A DNA stretch of 64,000 nt from an uncultured bacterium (GTDB lineage Bacteria; Fidelibacterota; Marinisomatia; Marinisomatales; UBA1611), in the NCBI GenBank assembly GCA_943788175.1, contig CALSPG010000005.1:320001-384000 (forward strand). Direction: 5' to 3'. Of this stretch, positions 28,111 to 37,738 are shown piece by piece. How positions within the stretch are numbered: the first letter of the stretch is position 1; each line of letters opens with the position of its first letter. A program made the translations under genes and the position numbers. The notes under the pieces were generated by a model. The model saw only the letters and a program-made list of their open reading frames with translations. It searched no databases and had not been told where the DNA came from.

Positions 28111-28512
28111 ATGCGTACACAAATAATTGCTTTCATTGTGCTTATCGGGTTCGTCTTCTCTCAAGATGGCAGGCCTTTTGAAATAACAGTGACACCTAGA
28201 TATGTTGATGAGAAAAGAATTGTAGTTAATGTTCAATTAACTAATCTCACAAATAAACCCTTAGATTACCTAGAAGGCTTTCTTTTAGAAAGGAATTCCT
28301 CTAGGAAACTTCTTGATGAAAAAAGAGTCGTACTAACTGCTGGTTATGAACCTTCGCTCGAGACTGGCTTTGCTTCAACAAAAAGTATGTCATACCAAGT
28401 AAGTAAAGGTAAACCTAATACATATGAGTTTGTTATTTCTAAATGTAAGTTTTTTGGAGAGTCCAAAATATTTACCTGGCATCCAAAAGCAGGTTACATT
28501 CGAATCGAGTAA
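28111..28512 (+). CDS. Hypothetical exported protein
   Basis: Signal peptide, 133 aa ORF, followed by a terminator. Confidence 0.7.
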   Translation: MRTQIIAFIVLIGFVFSQDGRPFEITVTPRYVDEKRIVVNVQLTNLTNKPLDYLEGFLLERNSSRKLLDEKRVVLTAGYEPSLETGFASTKSMSYQVSKGKPNTYEFVISKCKFFGESKIFTWHPKAGYIRIE

Positions 28513-28534
28513 TAGACAAAAACAAATTGATTTT

Positions 28535-28566
28535 AAAAAGCCCCTGGATTTTTTCAGGGGCTTTTT
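28535..28566 (+). terminator. Intrinsic terminator
   Basis: AAAAAGCCCCTG...CAGGGGCTTTTT. Confidence 0.75.
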
Positions 28567-28766
28567 GTTTTATTAGGTTCCAATGAACATATATTAATGA
28601 AACAAAAACACTGGCAAAGAATAAAAAATATTCATGATATGTCATGGATGGAATCAATTAAGATAGGACTCTTTAATTCTAATTTTAAAAAAGCATTAAA
28701 TAATAAAGTTATAATTTCTGCTATAAATTTTTCAAATTATCAACGAAATAAAAATAGAGGTCAAGA

Positions 28767-29141
28767 ATGAATAAATTTTTTGTTTTTTTTATCTTAACTT
28801 TTTTACAGGGAAATAATTTGAGGCTTGCTCATGATTTTTATGATAACAGGATACCAAAGAGTATATACACTTATAAAGAGACATCATCAGAAATTATTTT
28901 AAAAGAGAGCACTTCTTATTACAAAAATGGTAATATTAGTTATAAAGTTGAATATGATGCTAATGGGCTGAATAGTAGAAAAACTTGGTGGCATAATAAT
29001 GGTAACAAAAGTAAAATGATTACATTCGATGCTGGAAAAATTGATGGCATATGGATCACTTGGTCTTATGAAGGTTTAAAAATAAGCGAGAGATTTTATA
29101 AGGATGGCCTTATGATTAAAGAACGATTTCATCAGAAATAA
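28767..29141 (+). CDS. MORN-variant/YwqK-like repeat protein
   Basis: YYKNGN, WHNNGN, DGIWITW repeats; signal peptide. Confidence 0.75.
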   Translation: MNKFFVFFILTFLQGNNLRLAHDFYDNRIPKSIYTYKETSSEIILKESTSYYKNGNISYKVEYDANGLNSRKTWWHNNGNKSKMITFDAGKIDGIWITWSYEGLKISERFYKDGLMIKERFHQK

Positions 29142-29225
29142 AACTTTTATAGATTCTGTTAAACTATTCAATTTAGATGTATATTTTTTTAGTAGTATAA
29201 TTATAATTATAAACAATTTTAATAT

Positions 29226-29741
29226 ATGGAATTATTTAAAATAAAATCCAATATTGATGAAATAGCTAATGCACTTACTTATCAAGTCACATTGGTTAGT
29301 ACGGTATTTTCAGGACATATTGTTGAAAATTATAATCTCACTTATAAGCAGCATTTAAGATTAATACTTATTTCTACTGCGCAACAAATTCATTTAATTG
29401 ATAGATTGCTGTTGAATAATAATTTGACATCCCGTAAGGCTATTATACATCGTATCTTCATTGGGCAGGCTAGGATGGTTGCAGGATTATGGCCTAATTT
29501 ATATGAAGAAGGCTCTTTAGAGTTTTTTTCAGATAAGCAATTAGAATATACCCAGTATCCTGGAAAAATAAAAAATGATGATATTAACTATCCAGCAGGT
29601 TCACTATTATGGGAGTTTGGTGAGGAAATAGCTTTTAATAGCCGCATGCAAAAAAATCACAAAATTATTTTAACAACAATAGGCACTTATAAATTTTATT
29701 ATATCAATAATGATGAAATAATGTCCTTCATCAGAAATTAA
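29226..29741 (+). CDS. Hypothetical protein
   Basis: 171 aa ORF, co-oriented with neighbours. Confidence 0.55.
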   Translation: MELFKIKSNIDEIANALTYQVTLVSTVFSGHIVENYNLTYKQHLRLILISTAQQIHLIDRLLLNNNLTSRKAIIHRIFIGQARMVAGLWPNLYEEGSLEFFSDKQLEYTQYPGKIKNDDINYPAGSLLWEFGEEIAFNSRMQKNHKIILTTIGTYKFYYINNDEIMSFIRN

Positions 29742-29761
29742 TATCTAATCAGGGAATACAA

Positions 29762-30949
29762 ATGAACAACTTCTTTTTAAGAAATGCAATTATTCTTGCT
29801 TTGTCAATATCTTCACTTTTCTCACAGCAAAAAAGAGTAATGTGGAAAGAGTTAATAGATAAAAAGGGTGTAAAGTATGTATATGGTTCAAAAAAACCAT
29901 TCTCTGGTAGAGTCTTTGATAACTATAGAAATAAGGGAAGAAAACTCACTGGAGAATTAAAAAATGGTAAAATGCATGGTGACTGGACATTCTGGAATGA
30001 AGATGGTAAGACAGATAGAGAAGAATCATATTTGCTAGACCAAAAAAATGGAGAATGGACTTATTACGATGATAAAGGAAATAAAAAAAAATCAGAAAGA
30101 TATATAAAAGGAAAGAAAACTGGTTCAGTTAGTTATTATCATGCGAACGGTAATAAATCTAAAGAAGAAATATACATTAATGATAAGCGGGAAGGGAAAT
30201 GGACGGCCTGGTACTCAAATAGTAAAAAAGAGAAAGAGGAGTTTTATAAAAAAGGTAAAAAAGTTGGTAAATGGAATTATTTTAATGAAAGTGGTAAAAA
30301 GGAAAGTGTTATATCATATAAGAATGATTTTAAAGATGGCAAGTCGATCTATTATTTCGAAACTAATGGTAATAAAAATCGTGAAGAAAGTTGGAAAAGA
30401 GGTGTCGAAAATGGATTGTGGCTATGGCTAGATCAAAATGGGGAAAAAATTAAAGAGGGAAGTTACAGAGCAGGGCAAAAACATGGCTTATGGATGAGCT
30501 TCAATGATGCAGGAAAAAAAATTGAAGACAGTCAATGGAAAGATGGAGAGCTCTTTGGTAAAACTACATTATGGAACGGCGATGGAATTAAGACGGCTAT
30601 GAAAAGTTTTAAATTAGATGAAAAAGATGGTTTATGGGTTTGGTGGGGACCAAAAGGTCGAAAAATTAAAGAAGGTAATTACAAACTTGGAAAGAAAAAT
30701 GGAACATGGACATACTATCATGAAAATGGGTCGAAGAAGCGGATTGAGAATTATGTAAAAGATAAAAAGCATGGGAAACTCATTAAATGGTTTGAGAATG
30801 GGCAAAAATCTCAAGAAGAAGTATATAAAAATGATAAAAAAAATGGGAAATTCATTTACTGGTTTGAAAATGGAAAACTTGAGAAAGAAGAGAAATATTC
30901 AAATGATGTTCAAACAGATGGTAAACATTATGATTATTTTGATAATTAA
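29762..30949 (+). CDS. MORN-variant/YwqK-like repeat protein
   Basis: Many ~24-aa G.W..(W/Y)..NG.K..E..YK repeats; signal peptide. Confidence 0.88.
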   Translation: MNNFFLRNAIILALSISSLFSQQKRVMWKELIDKKGVKYVYGSKKPFSGRVFDNYRNKGRKLTGELKNGKMHGDWTFWNEDGKTDREESYLLDQKNGEWTYYDDKGNKKKSERYIKGKKTGSVSYYHANGNKSKEEIYINDKREGKWTAWYSNSKKEKEEFYKKGKKVGKWNYFNESGKKESVISYKNDFKDGKSIYYFETNGNKNREESWKRGVENGLWLWLDQNGEKIKEGSYRAGQKHGLWMSFNDAGKKIEDSQWKDGELFGKTTLWNGDGIKTAMKSFKLDEKDGLWVWWGPKGRKIKEGNYKLGKKNGTWTYYHENGSKKRIENYVKDKKHGKLIKWFENGQKSQEEVYKNDKKNGKFIYWFENGKLEKEEKYSNDVQTDGKHYDYFDN

Positions 30950-31238
30950 ATCGAAGATATCGTTGATAATAAATGCTTAGATATGCTTATCTTTATAAAG
31001 AAAAAGTCTTTTTTTAATTTGTAGGTTTTTAGTTTATGGTTTTAGTTTGTGGCCTAATATAAATACCAAGCGATTAGTCATATTAAATGTTTATACTAAA
31101 AATTTATTCTTAAAGACAACTTCAAAAAATTACGTGAAAAAATATTTAATTCGGATGTCAATTATTTCCATAATCGGGTTTTTGGTATATTACTATTTAA
31201 TAATTTGGTCTACTCATTTTTAACTTTCTTTCAGATAA

Positions 31239-31409
31239 ATGAAAATAACACCAAAGATACTATTCGTAATGATATTTTGGATGACAGTTATTACGGGAGT
31301 TATTTTTAGTATAAATGCAGCTTTTGATATACCGGATGAAATAACAGGGCCTGCTTTTTTTTTATCGATTGGAATGACAATATCTTCAACTATTAACTAT
31401 TATAAATAA
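31239..31409 (+). CDS. Small two-TM membrane protein (56 aa)
   Basis: MKITPKILFVMIFW...; stop abuts the next ATG. Confidence 0.5.
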   Translation: MKITPKILFVMIFWMTVITGVIFSINAAFDIPDEITGPAFFLSIGMTISSTINYYK

Positions 31410-32241
31410 ATGAAATATAAATTATATATATCAATGCTTTTATTGTCTTCAACAATTTTTTCAGTAGGGGATAAAGAATTAATTTTTATTTATAATGCTA
31501 AAAGTGGTTTAGTTAATGAAATGATTGATTTTGCTCATAAAATAGTCAGTCCCCGGAACTTACGACTGTAATCTTTGTGCTATGTCGTATGGTACATTTA
31601 CGAAAAAAAAAAGATGGTCAGACTATATTAATTCTTTACCAATCAAATCGACATTTACATATAAAGATAAGGTCTCGGCTTTGGAAAAAGAGTTAAGTAA
31701 TTTAAAGTTTCCAACTATAATAATTCGTGACGGTGTGGAGTTAAATGAGATAATTTCTAGGGATGAAATAAATAGTATTAAAAATTTAAATCAATTAATT
31801 AGTCTTTTAAATGAAAGGTTAGATGAAAACGGAATGAAATTAAAAAAGGGTAAAGACAAATATGTTACTGAACAGGAATGGGAAAAAAAATTAACGCCAG
31901 AGGAATTTCATATATTAAGGGAAAAGGGAACTGAAAAACCTTTTACGGGCGAGTATGATAAGTTTGATAAAGAAGGCATGTATAAATGCGCTGGTTGCGG
32001 TACTGAATTATTTTCTTCTGATACAAAGTATGATTCTGGATGCGGTTGGCCTGCGTTTTATGAAGCTCTGCCTGACAAAATTGAAGAGACAGCGGATAAT
32101 ACATTTGGTATGAAGCGTATAGAAATTACATGTGAAAACTGTGGGGGGCATTTAGGACATGTATTTAATGATGGCCCTCAGCCTTCTGGATTAAGGTACT
32201 GCGTAAATTCAATCTCTTTAGATTTTAATTCAGAAAAGTAA
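31410..32241 (+). CDS. msrB: Exported CxxC-domain/MsrB fusion, 1-nt frameshift in the C-run at 31551-31554
   Basis: Signal peptide + LIFIYNAKSG..AHKIVSP/GTYDCNLC; MsrB GTE.PF, CAGC, SGCGWPAF, CENC, HLGHVF.DGP, RYCVNS. Confidence 0.85.
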
Positions 32242-32302
32242 TTAAATAATTAAGTCACGACCATTCTAAAATTGATTTTTTATCGAGTCATAGCTTTAAA
32301 TC

Positions 32303-32968
32303 TTATCTATTTTTTTCATAATCCTTCATTCTGTTTTCAAAGTCATTTTTATCCTTGGCTTGTAGTAGTGGACTAATTTCAATATTTTTTCGAATGCTAA
32401 TGCTTGGTACTTTGCCATAGTTATGGCCTGGATAGATAATCGTACTTTGAGGTAAGGTGAGTATGGTTTTATAAATTGAATTATATAAATCCTTCACATT
32501 GCTGCCATTGCTTACCGTTCTTCCAGTCCTTCCAACAAACATTGTATCTCCTGTAAAAATTATATTTTCTAAATGAAAGCAGATAGAATCAAAGTAGTGC
32601 CCAGGGGTGTGCAATATTTTAATATTTAATTTTCCTACTTTGACCGCTGAATTATGCATTGAAGGAAAATAATTATTTCCACTAATATTAAATTTTGATT
32701 CAGGGTGGCCGACTATTTTTATCTCGGGATAGAGATCAATAAAATTTTTAATGTATTTTACATGATCATGATGCGAATGTGTTATAAAAATGGCTGATGG
32801 TTTATCGCCTTGAGAAAGTTCTAAAATGCTTGGGTGTAAACTAGCATCAATAATTATTGACTTCGTAGTCTTTAAGCAAGTAAGTATATAAGAAAAGTTT
32901 TTATCATATCCACCTTCGAAAGATTGGATCGAAAAGGTTGCTTTAAGTTTATTTATATTTTTACGCAT
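32303..32968 (-). CDS. Metallo-beta-lactamase-fold hydrolase (glyoxalase II-like)
   Basis: THSHHDH, HTPGH, FTGDT, PGH. Confidence 0.9.
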   Translation of the reverse strand: MRKNINKLKATFSIQSFEGGYDKNFSYILTCLKTTKSIIIDASLHPSILELSQGDKPSAIFITHSHHDHVKYIKNFIDLYPEIKIVGHPESKFNISGNNYFPSMHNSAVKVGKLNIKILHTPGHYFDSICFHLENIIFTGDTMFVGRTGRTVSNGSNVKDLYNSIYKTILTLPQSTIIYPGHNYGKVPSISIRKNIEISPLLQAKDKNDFENRMKDYEKNR

Positions 32969-33034
32969 TCTTTAACTTATTTAAACTAATTTATTATACT
33001 AATTTGTCATATAATAAATTTACAAAATGAAAAT

Positions 33035-33208
33035 ATGAGTGATTATAATGAAAAACTTCCGTGGATATTAATCCTAGGGGGATGTGCAATCTTGGCTTTA
33101 CGCCTAATTGTAGCTTTATTTTCCAGTTTGAGTCTAATTGATTGGCTTGCCATTATTATAGTTTTTGCGGGATTAATTATGCTAATTCTGAACAATAACA
33201 ATAAATAA
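33035..33208 (+). CDS. Small two-TM membrane protein (57 aa)
   Basis: MSDYNEKLPWILILGG...; two hydrophobic segments. Confidence 0.5.
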   Translation: MSDYNEKLPWILILGGCAILALRLIVALFSSLSLIDWLAIIIVFAGLIMLILNNNNK

Positions 33209-33256
33209 TTAATAGTTCATTTTTAAAAAAATAAACTCCTTAACAGAAAGAATCCA

Positions 33257-33985
33257 ATGAAAAATAAATTTTACATGAATCCATTTATTTTAATGACTTT
33301 TTTGATATTTTATACATCATGTAGTAGTGGTGGTGTTGACCAAAATCAAGATATTGCAATAAACATCGTTGATAGTGTTGATTCAATAAGCTACTCCATT
33401 GGAGCAGATATTGGAGATAACTTAATTACTCAAGGTATAGATATTAACTATGATGCTTTCTTAGGAGGATTTAAAAAGGGTTATGAAAAGAAAACACATC
33501 TATTAACTACCAATGAAAGAAAGCAACTTTTTAAAACAATGCAAGATCGTATGCGAGTAAAACAGCAAGCTGAATCTAAAAAAGCATTAGAAAAAGCAGA
33601 AAATTTTTTGAAGGATAATAAAGATCAAAATAAGGATATATTAGAAACAAAATCAGGACTTCAATATCGAATCGTAAGAAAAGGAGAGGGTAAGTCTCCA
33701 GACTCTTCTTCTGATCAAGTAAGAGTCAATTATGAAGGGAAATTAGTGGACGGTACAATTTTTGACAGCTCTTATGAAAAAGGGGAACCTTTCGTTACTA
33801 GATTGAACAGGGTTATCAAGGGATGGACAGAAGGTATCCAATTAATGAATGAAGGCTCTGAGTATGAGTTTTTTATCCACCCTAGACTAGCGTATGGTCC
33901 AAGACCAAATAATAATATTCCGGCAAATAGTGTTTTGATTTTTAAAGTGGAATTACAAAAAGTATTTGAGAAGAATATAAAATAA
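33257..33985 (+). CDS. FKBP-type peptidyl-prolyl isomerase (FkpA/Mip-like lipoprotein)
   Basis: SYSIG N-domain, SGLQY, VNYEG.L.DG..FDSS, VIKGWTEG, LAYG. Confidence 0.93.
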   Translation: MKNKFYMNPFILMTFLIFYTSCSSGGVDQNQDIAINIVDSVDSISYSIGADIGDNLITQGIDINYDAFLGGFKKGYEKKTHLLTTNERKQLFKTMQDRMRVKQQAESKKALEKAENFLKDNKDQNKDILETKSGLQYRIVRKGEGKSPDSSSDQVRVNYEGKLVDGTIFDSSYEKGEPFVTRLNRVIKGWTEGIQLMNEGSEYEFFIHPRLAYGPRPNNNIPANSVLIFKVELQKVFEKNIK

Positions 33986-34002
33986 AAAGTCTTTTTAGAT
34001 AG

Positions 34003-34076
34003 TACCCCGGACAGGATTCGAACCTGTGGCCTCCGGATTAGAAATCCGATGCTCTATCCAGCTGAGCTACCGGGGC
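34003..34076 (-). tRNA. tRNA-Arg(TCT)
   Basis: Reverse complement GCCCCGG...TCGGA-TTTCTAA-TCCGG...GGTTCGAATCC...CCGGGGTA. Confidence 0.95.
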
Positions 34077-34178
34077 ATAATATCGAAAAAATTTGATGCC
34101 TTAAATTACTTTATGAATTAGACTTTTTCGAATGAAATATTAGCTTATTTTCTCGACGAGGTCTCCTCGATAAAAATC

Positions 34179-34208
34179 TTGACATGAACCTTTAAAATTT
34201 CGTACTAT
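34179..34208 (+). promoter_or_regulatory. Sigma70-type promoter
   Basis: TTGACA-N18-TACTAT upstream of 34284. Confidence 0.6.
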
Positions 34209-34283
34209 TAATAGGCAGATGGAGTGAGATTTTACTCTAACCACTACCATAAAAAACAAATCAAATAATAATCGGAGGCTTTA

Positions 34284-34514
34284 ATGGCTGAAAAAGTAAA
34301 AAATACAGGTGTATCTAAAGAAAAAGGATACCTATACTATCTTGATAAAGAAGGCGATGTATCTCGTTCGCAAATGGCTCGTGCTGGTAAGGGCGGTGGG
34401 AATGCTGAAAAAGTTTCTACAGCTGGTGTTACCAGAGAGTCTGGTTTTCTATATTTTATTGATAAAGATGGTGATGTCTCAAGATCACCAATGGCCAGAG
34501 GTCGTAAGAAATAG
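34284..34514 (+). CDS. Small basic protein made of two internal repeats
   Basis: RBS GGAGG; AEKV..GV..E.G(Y/F)LY(Y/F).DK.GDVSRS.MAR twice. Confidence 0.85.
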   Translation: MAEKVKNTGVSKEKGYLYYLDKEGDVSRSQMARAGKGGGNAEKVSTAGVTRESGFLYFIDKDGDVSRSPMARGRKK

Positions 34515-34526
34515 AATATGTTCTTA

Positions 34527-34557
34527 AAAAAAGCCCTCATATGAGGGCTTTTTTTTT
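34527..34557 (+). terminator. Intrinsic terminator
   Basis: AAAAAAGCCCTCATATGAGGGCTTTTTTTT. Confidence 0.85.
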
Positions 34558-34619
34558 GTCTTTGCGTATTCATTAAATGTTTTAAATTCTGTGAAGAAAT
34601 TTATTAGATATATAAAATA

Positions 34620-35426
34620 ATGAAATTAAAACATAAAATATTCATACTAACCGCTTCTGCATTACTTTTGTATCCTTTTTCTTCTTTAAAGGCAGAAGAC
34701 CAATTGTTTGGTGGTAAGGAAAAAGATTCTGATTCTAAGAATAAAGCATCCAAACAGATGGTCCAGGAAGAAGCTCCAATTATGGAGATGCCTAAAATTT
34801 TACCACCCATTAGTCGCAATAAGATAGAGTCAGTCATACCTGTAAAAAGGTTACCTGATGGCTGGGTTTTTAGGGACGAGTTGCTTGCTCCGTGGTCAAC
34901 AAGTTTGCCGGCAGTATTAACGATTGTTCCAGACACCACTGTTGAAGTTGTCTATACGGATGAATCTCGTACGACAAAAGATGGTATAGTCTTACCAATC
35001 AAGAGAGCGACTGTTGAGTTTAACTATGTGACGCGTTTAACAATAGAAAGAATTACTCTCGGTTTTGTTAATATTGATTATGTGTACAGTACAACTAACA
35101 ATAGTGATTCGCATTACATACTTGAAAGTGTTGTTAAAAAAATAAAATTGAAAGATACTGGTTTCCCGCAGCTTACAGCTGAAGATGTTATTAAACATAA
35201 AGTCCTCATGGAATATGGTACCCCAAAGGAATATGACGGAGTTTGGCATAATTATGGAGATGAAAATTCAATCTTTAGAGTAAGAAAACTAGATGAACGA
35301 AATGTTAAAGTCGAGGTTGATGGTTTAACCATTGCGGATAAGCTTAATAAAGCGATTGAAGATGTTTATTCTCAGCAGGGTATCGAATATAAGAAGCGTT
35401 TAATGATGGATGGTATTGACCTGTAA
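34620..35426 (+). CDS. Hypothetical exported protein
   Basis: Signal peptide, 268 aa. Confidence 0.75.
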   Translation: MKLKHKIFILTASALLLYPFSSLKAEDQLFGGKEKDSDSKNKASKQMVQEEAPIMEMPKILPPISRNKIESVIPVKRLPDGWVFRDELLAPWSTSLPAVLTIVPDTTVEVVYTDESRTTKDGIVLPIKRATVEFNYVTRLTIERITLGFVNIDYVYSTTNNSDSHYILESVVKKIKLKDTGFPQLTAEDVIKHKVLMEYGTPKEYDGVWHNYGDENSIFRVRKLDERNVKVEVDGLTIADKLNKAIEDVYSQQGIEYKKRLMMDGIDL

Positions 35427-35466
35427 ATTTTTGAAATTTAGAAATGATTATACTGAAAGGCCTGCG

Positions 35467-36714
35467 ATGACAGGCCTTTTTTTATTATTATATTTAATAC
35501 TTAGCTCAATTGTTTTTTCTGCTAATTATAAACCAAAAATAACAAATATTGATGTTATTGGTTTGGATAAAACTTTGCAATATGTTGTGGAGAGGGAAAT
35601 CCATCATTCTTTGGATGTCCACATAGATTCAAGCATTGCAAACCTCGATAGGAATCGAATATTTAATTTGGGGCTTTTTGAAGATGTCGCTTGGCGTTTA
35701 GTTCCTCTTGAAAATGGTGATGCAGTCTTACAGTATATTATGGTTGAATCAATAAATAAAACTCCGCCACTATTATTTCCTAGTTATGATGAAGAAAAAG
35801 GATGGTCATTAAATTCTCTATTAATGATTAAAAACTTGCAAGGTAGAAATCGAACTCTTGAAGTTTTTGCAGGTTTTGGTGGTCAACAAAAAATCCAATT
35901 ATTATTCAGTGATCCATGGTTGTTTGGTGATCATATTTCAATATCCACTTATTTAGAAAAAAATTCATATGATCACCTTTTTTTAGATAGAAGTATAAAT
36001 ATAAGTAGCATAAAAATAAGCATTGGGAAATGGTACGGAGAAAAAATAAAGCTAAGGTTTTCTCCTGCTTTGATTAATAAAAGTTTTACAAACAGTATAA
36101 ATACATTGACCTACAAGTTCTTTATCCCAGAGTTAAAAATAGAGATAGATACTAGAGACATTTTTTGGAACCCAACAAAAGGTTCTAGAATTATACAATC
36201 AATTATTCCAATGTTAGGCAATAATAAGTTTATTGTATGGAATCAATCTTATAGTTTTTTCCTACCTGCACTTAAAAATATAGTTTTAGGAATGAACACA
36301 ACAATACAAAGAAAAATTGGTCATAAAAATGATGTATGGTTAAACTATTTTGGTAATTCTTATAATATTAGAGGTTGGAATCTGCCTGATAAAAATGAAT
36401 CTTTTAATAATTATCGTTTTGGGCATGAGTTCCTATTTTCAAGTTTTGAATTAAGAAAGCTTTTTTTTAATAAGAATGGAGCTTGGTTTGGCTTCAAAAA
36501 GGGCATAGGTATTGTTGCATTTACTGATATCGGAGCTATTAACAAGAATTGGAAATCTATATCCAGAGATACTATGCTTGGAGGAGCAGGGTTTGGAATT
36601 AGATTACCGGTACCGATTCTTCAATCTGTTAGAATAGATTTAGGTTGGGGATTTAAAAATAAGAAATTTAATAAGAATTTTAACTTGCATTTTGCAGTTC
36701 AACAAAAATTCTAA
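35467..36714 (+). CDS. Omp85 (BamA/TamA-family) outer-membrane protein with a POTRA domain
   Basis: POTRA RIFNLGLFEDV, NLQGRN, IRGW, GFGIR..RID.GWG, terminal F; start uncertain (35410 or 35467). Confidence 0.82.
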   Translation: MTGLFLLLYLILSSIVFSANYKPKITNIDVIGLDKTLQYVVEREIHHSLDVHIDSSIANLDRNRIFNLGLFEDVAWRLVPLENGDAVLQYIMVESINKTPPLLFPSYDEEKGWSLNSLLMIKNLQGRNRTLEVFAGFGGQQKIQLLFSDPWLFGDHISISTYLEKNSYDHLFLDRSINISSIKISIGKWYGEKIKLRFSPALINKSFTNSINTLTYKFFIPELKIEIDTRDIFWNPTKGSRIIQSIIPMLGNNKFIVWNQSYSFFLPALKNIVLGMNTTIQRKIGHKNDVWLNYFGNSYNIRGWNLPDKNESFNNYRFGHEFLFSSFELRKLFFNKNGAWFGFKKGIGIVAFTDIGAINKNWKSISRDTMLGGAGFGIRLPVPILQSVRIDLGWGFKNKKFNKNFNLHFAVQQKF

Positions 36715-36814
36715 CACGATATATTATTAGAATTATAAATTACGTTAAATAGGAAAGCTTGTGGCGTATAAAAAAAGGCTAAGAGATTTATGAAGTTGGT
36801 TAGCGGTTGTCGTT

Positions 36815-37738
36815 TTAAGACTTCGGTTGCATATAAACTACAATTAGACTTGCAACAAATATACTAGAATAAGTTCCAACCAGCACTCCAATAATCAATG
36901 CAAAGGAGAAAGAGTGTATTACTTCACCGCCAAAGAAATAAAGTACAAGGACCACAAATAAGGTAGTCATAGAAGTGACAATAGTACGACTTAAAGATTC
37001 ATTGATACTTCTGTTGACAGTATCAATAATGGATCCTCTTTTTAGAGTTTTTAGGTTCTCTCGGATTCTATCAAATATCACAATTGTGTCATTGAGTGAA
37101 TAGCCAACAATTGTAAGAAAAGCTGCAATAACTGATAGTGAAATTTCATAACCAAGTATTGAAAAAATGCCCAGAGTAATAATTACATCATGAGCTATTG
37201 CAGCTATAGCTCCAATAGCAAAAATGAATTCAAATCTCAAGGATATATATATAAGTATTAAAGACAGAGCGTAAATAATTGCCATAATTGCTTTCGCGCT
37301 AAGCTCAGAACCGACTTTAGGACTAATTTTATCTTTTGATAAGACGAAGTCTTTTTTGTCTTCTGGAAGTGAATTTGGGTAGATTGTTTTTAAAACTTCA
37401 ATTACATCTCTAGAAAAATTTTCTGGCTCGTTTTCAAGTTCAGCAATTCGCAAAGCGACGCTAGAAGTGTTACCAAAGTGTTTTATTTCAGATGAGCCAA
37501 AATCAAATTTTTGGCCATTAATATTAATATCACTTAATTTAGACCTGAATTCGTTAATATTGACTGGTTTGGTATATTTAACTGCTATTAATGTCCCTCC
37601 TTTAAAGTCGATACTTAACTTTGGTCCATTATTTATTATTAATGAAAAAATTCCTGCTAAAACTAATGCACTAGAAAGTAAAACAGTTAATTTTGAATTA
37701 TTGATGAAATCAATATTTGAGTTTTTAATAATCTGCAT
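36815..37738 (-). CDS. secF: Protein translocase subunit SecF
   Basis: IDFKGG, GYSLNDTIVIFDRIRE, GTYSSIF. Confidence 0.96.
   Translation of the reverse strand: MQIIKNSNIDFINNSKLTVLLSSALVLAGIFSLIINNGPKLSIDFKGGTLIAVKYTKPVNINEFRSKLSDININGQKFDFGSSEIKHFGNTSSVALRIAELENEPENFSRDVIEVLKTIYPNSLPEDKKDFVLSKDKISPKVGSELSAKAIMAIIYALSLILIYISLRFEFIFAIGAIAAIAHDVIITLGIFSILGYEISLSVIAAFLTIVGYSLNDTIVIFDRIRENLKTLKRGSIIDTVNRSINESLSRTIVTSMTTLFVVLVLYFFGGEVIHSFSFALIIGVLVGTYSSIFVASLIVVYMQPKS

Noticed and set aside
29762-30949. CRISPR array or DNA tandem repeat
   Set aside because: Periodicity is at the protein level (MORN-like); no identical DNA repeats with spacers were seen in the window
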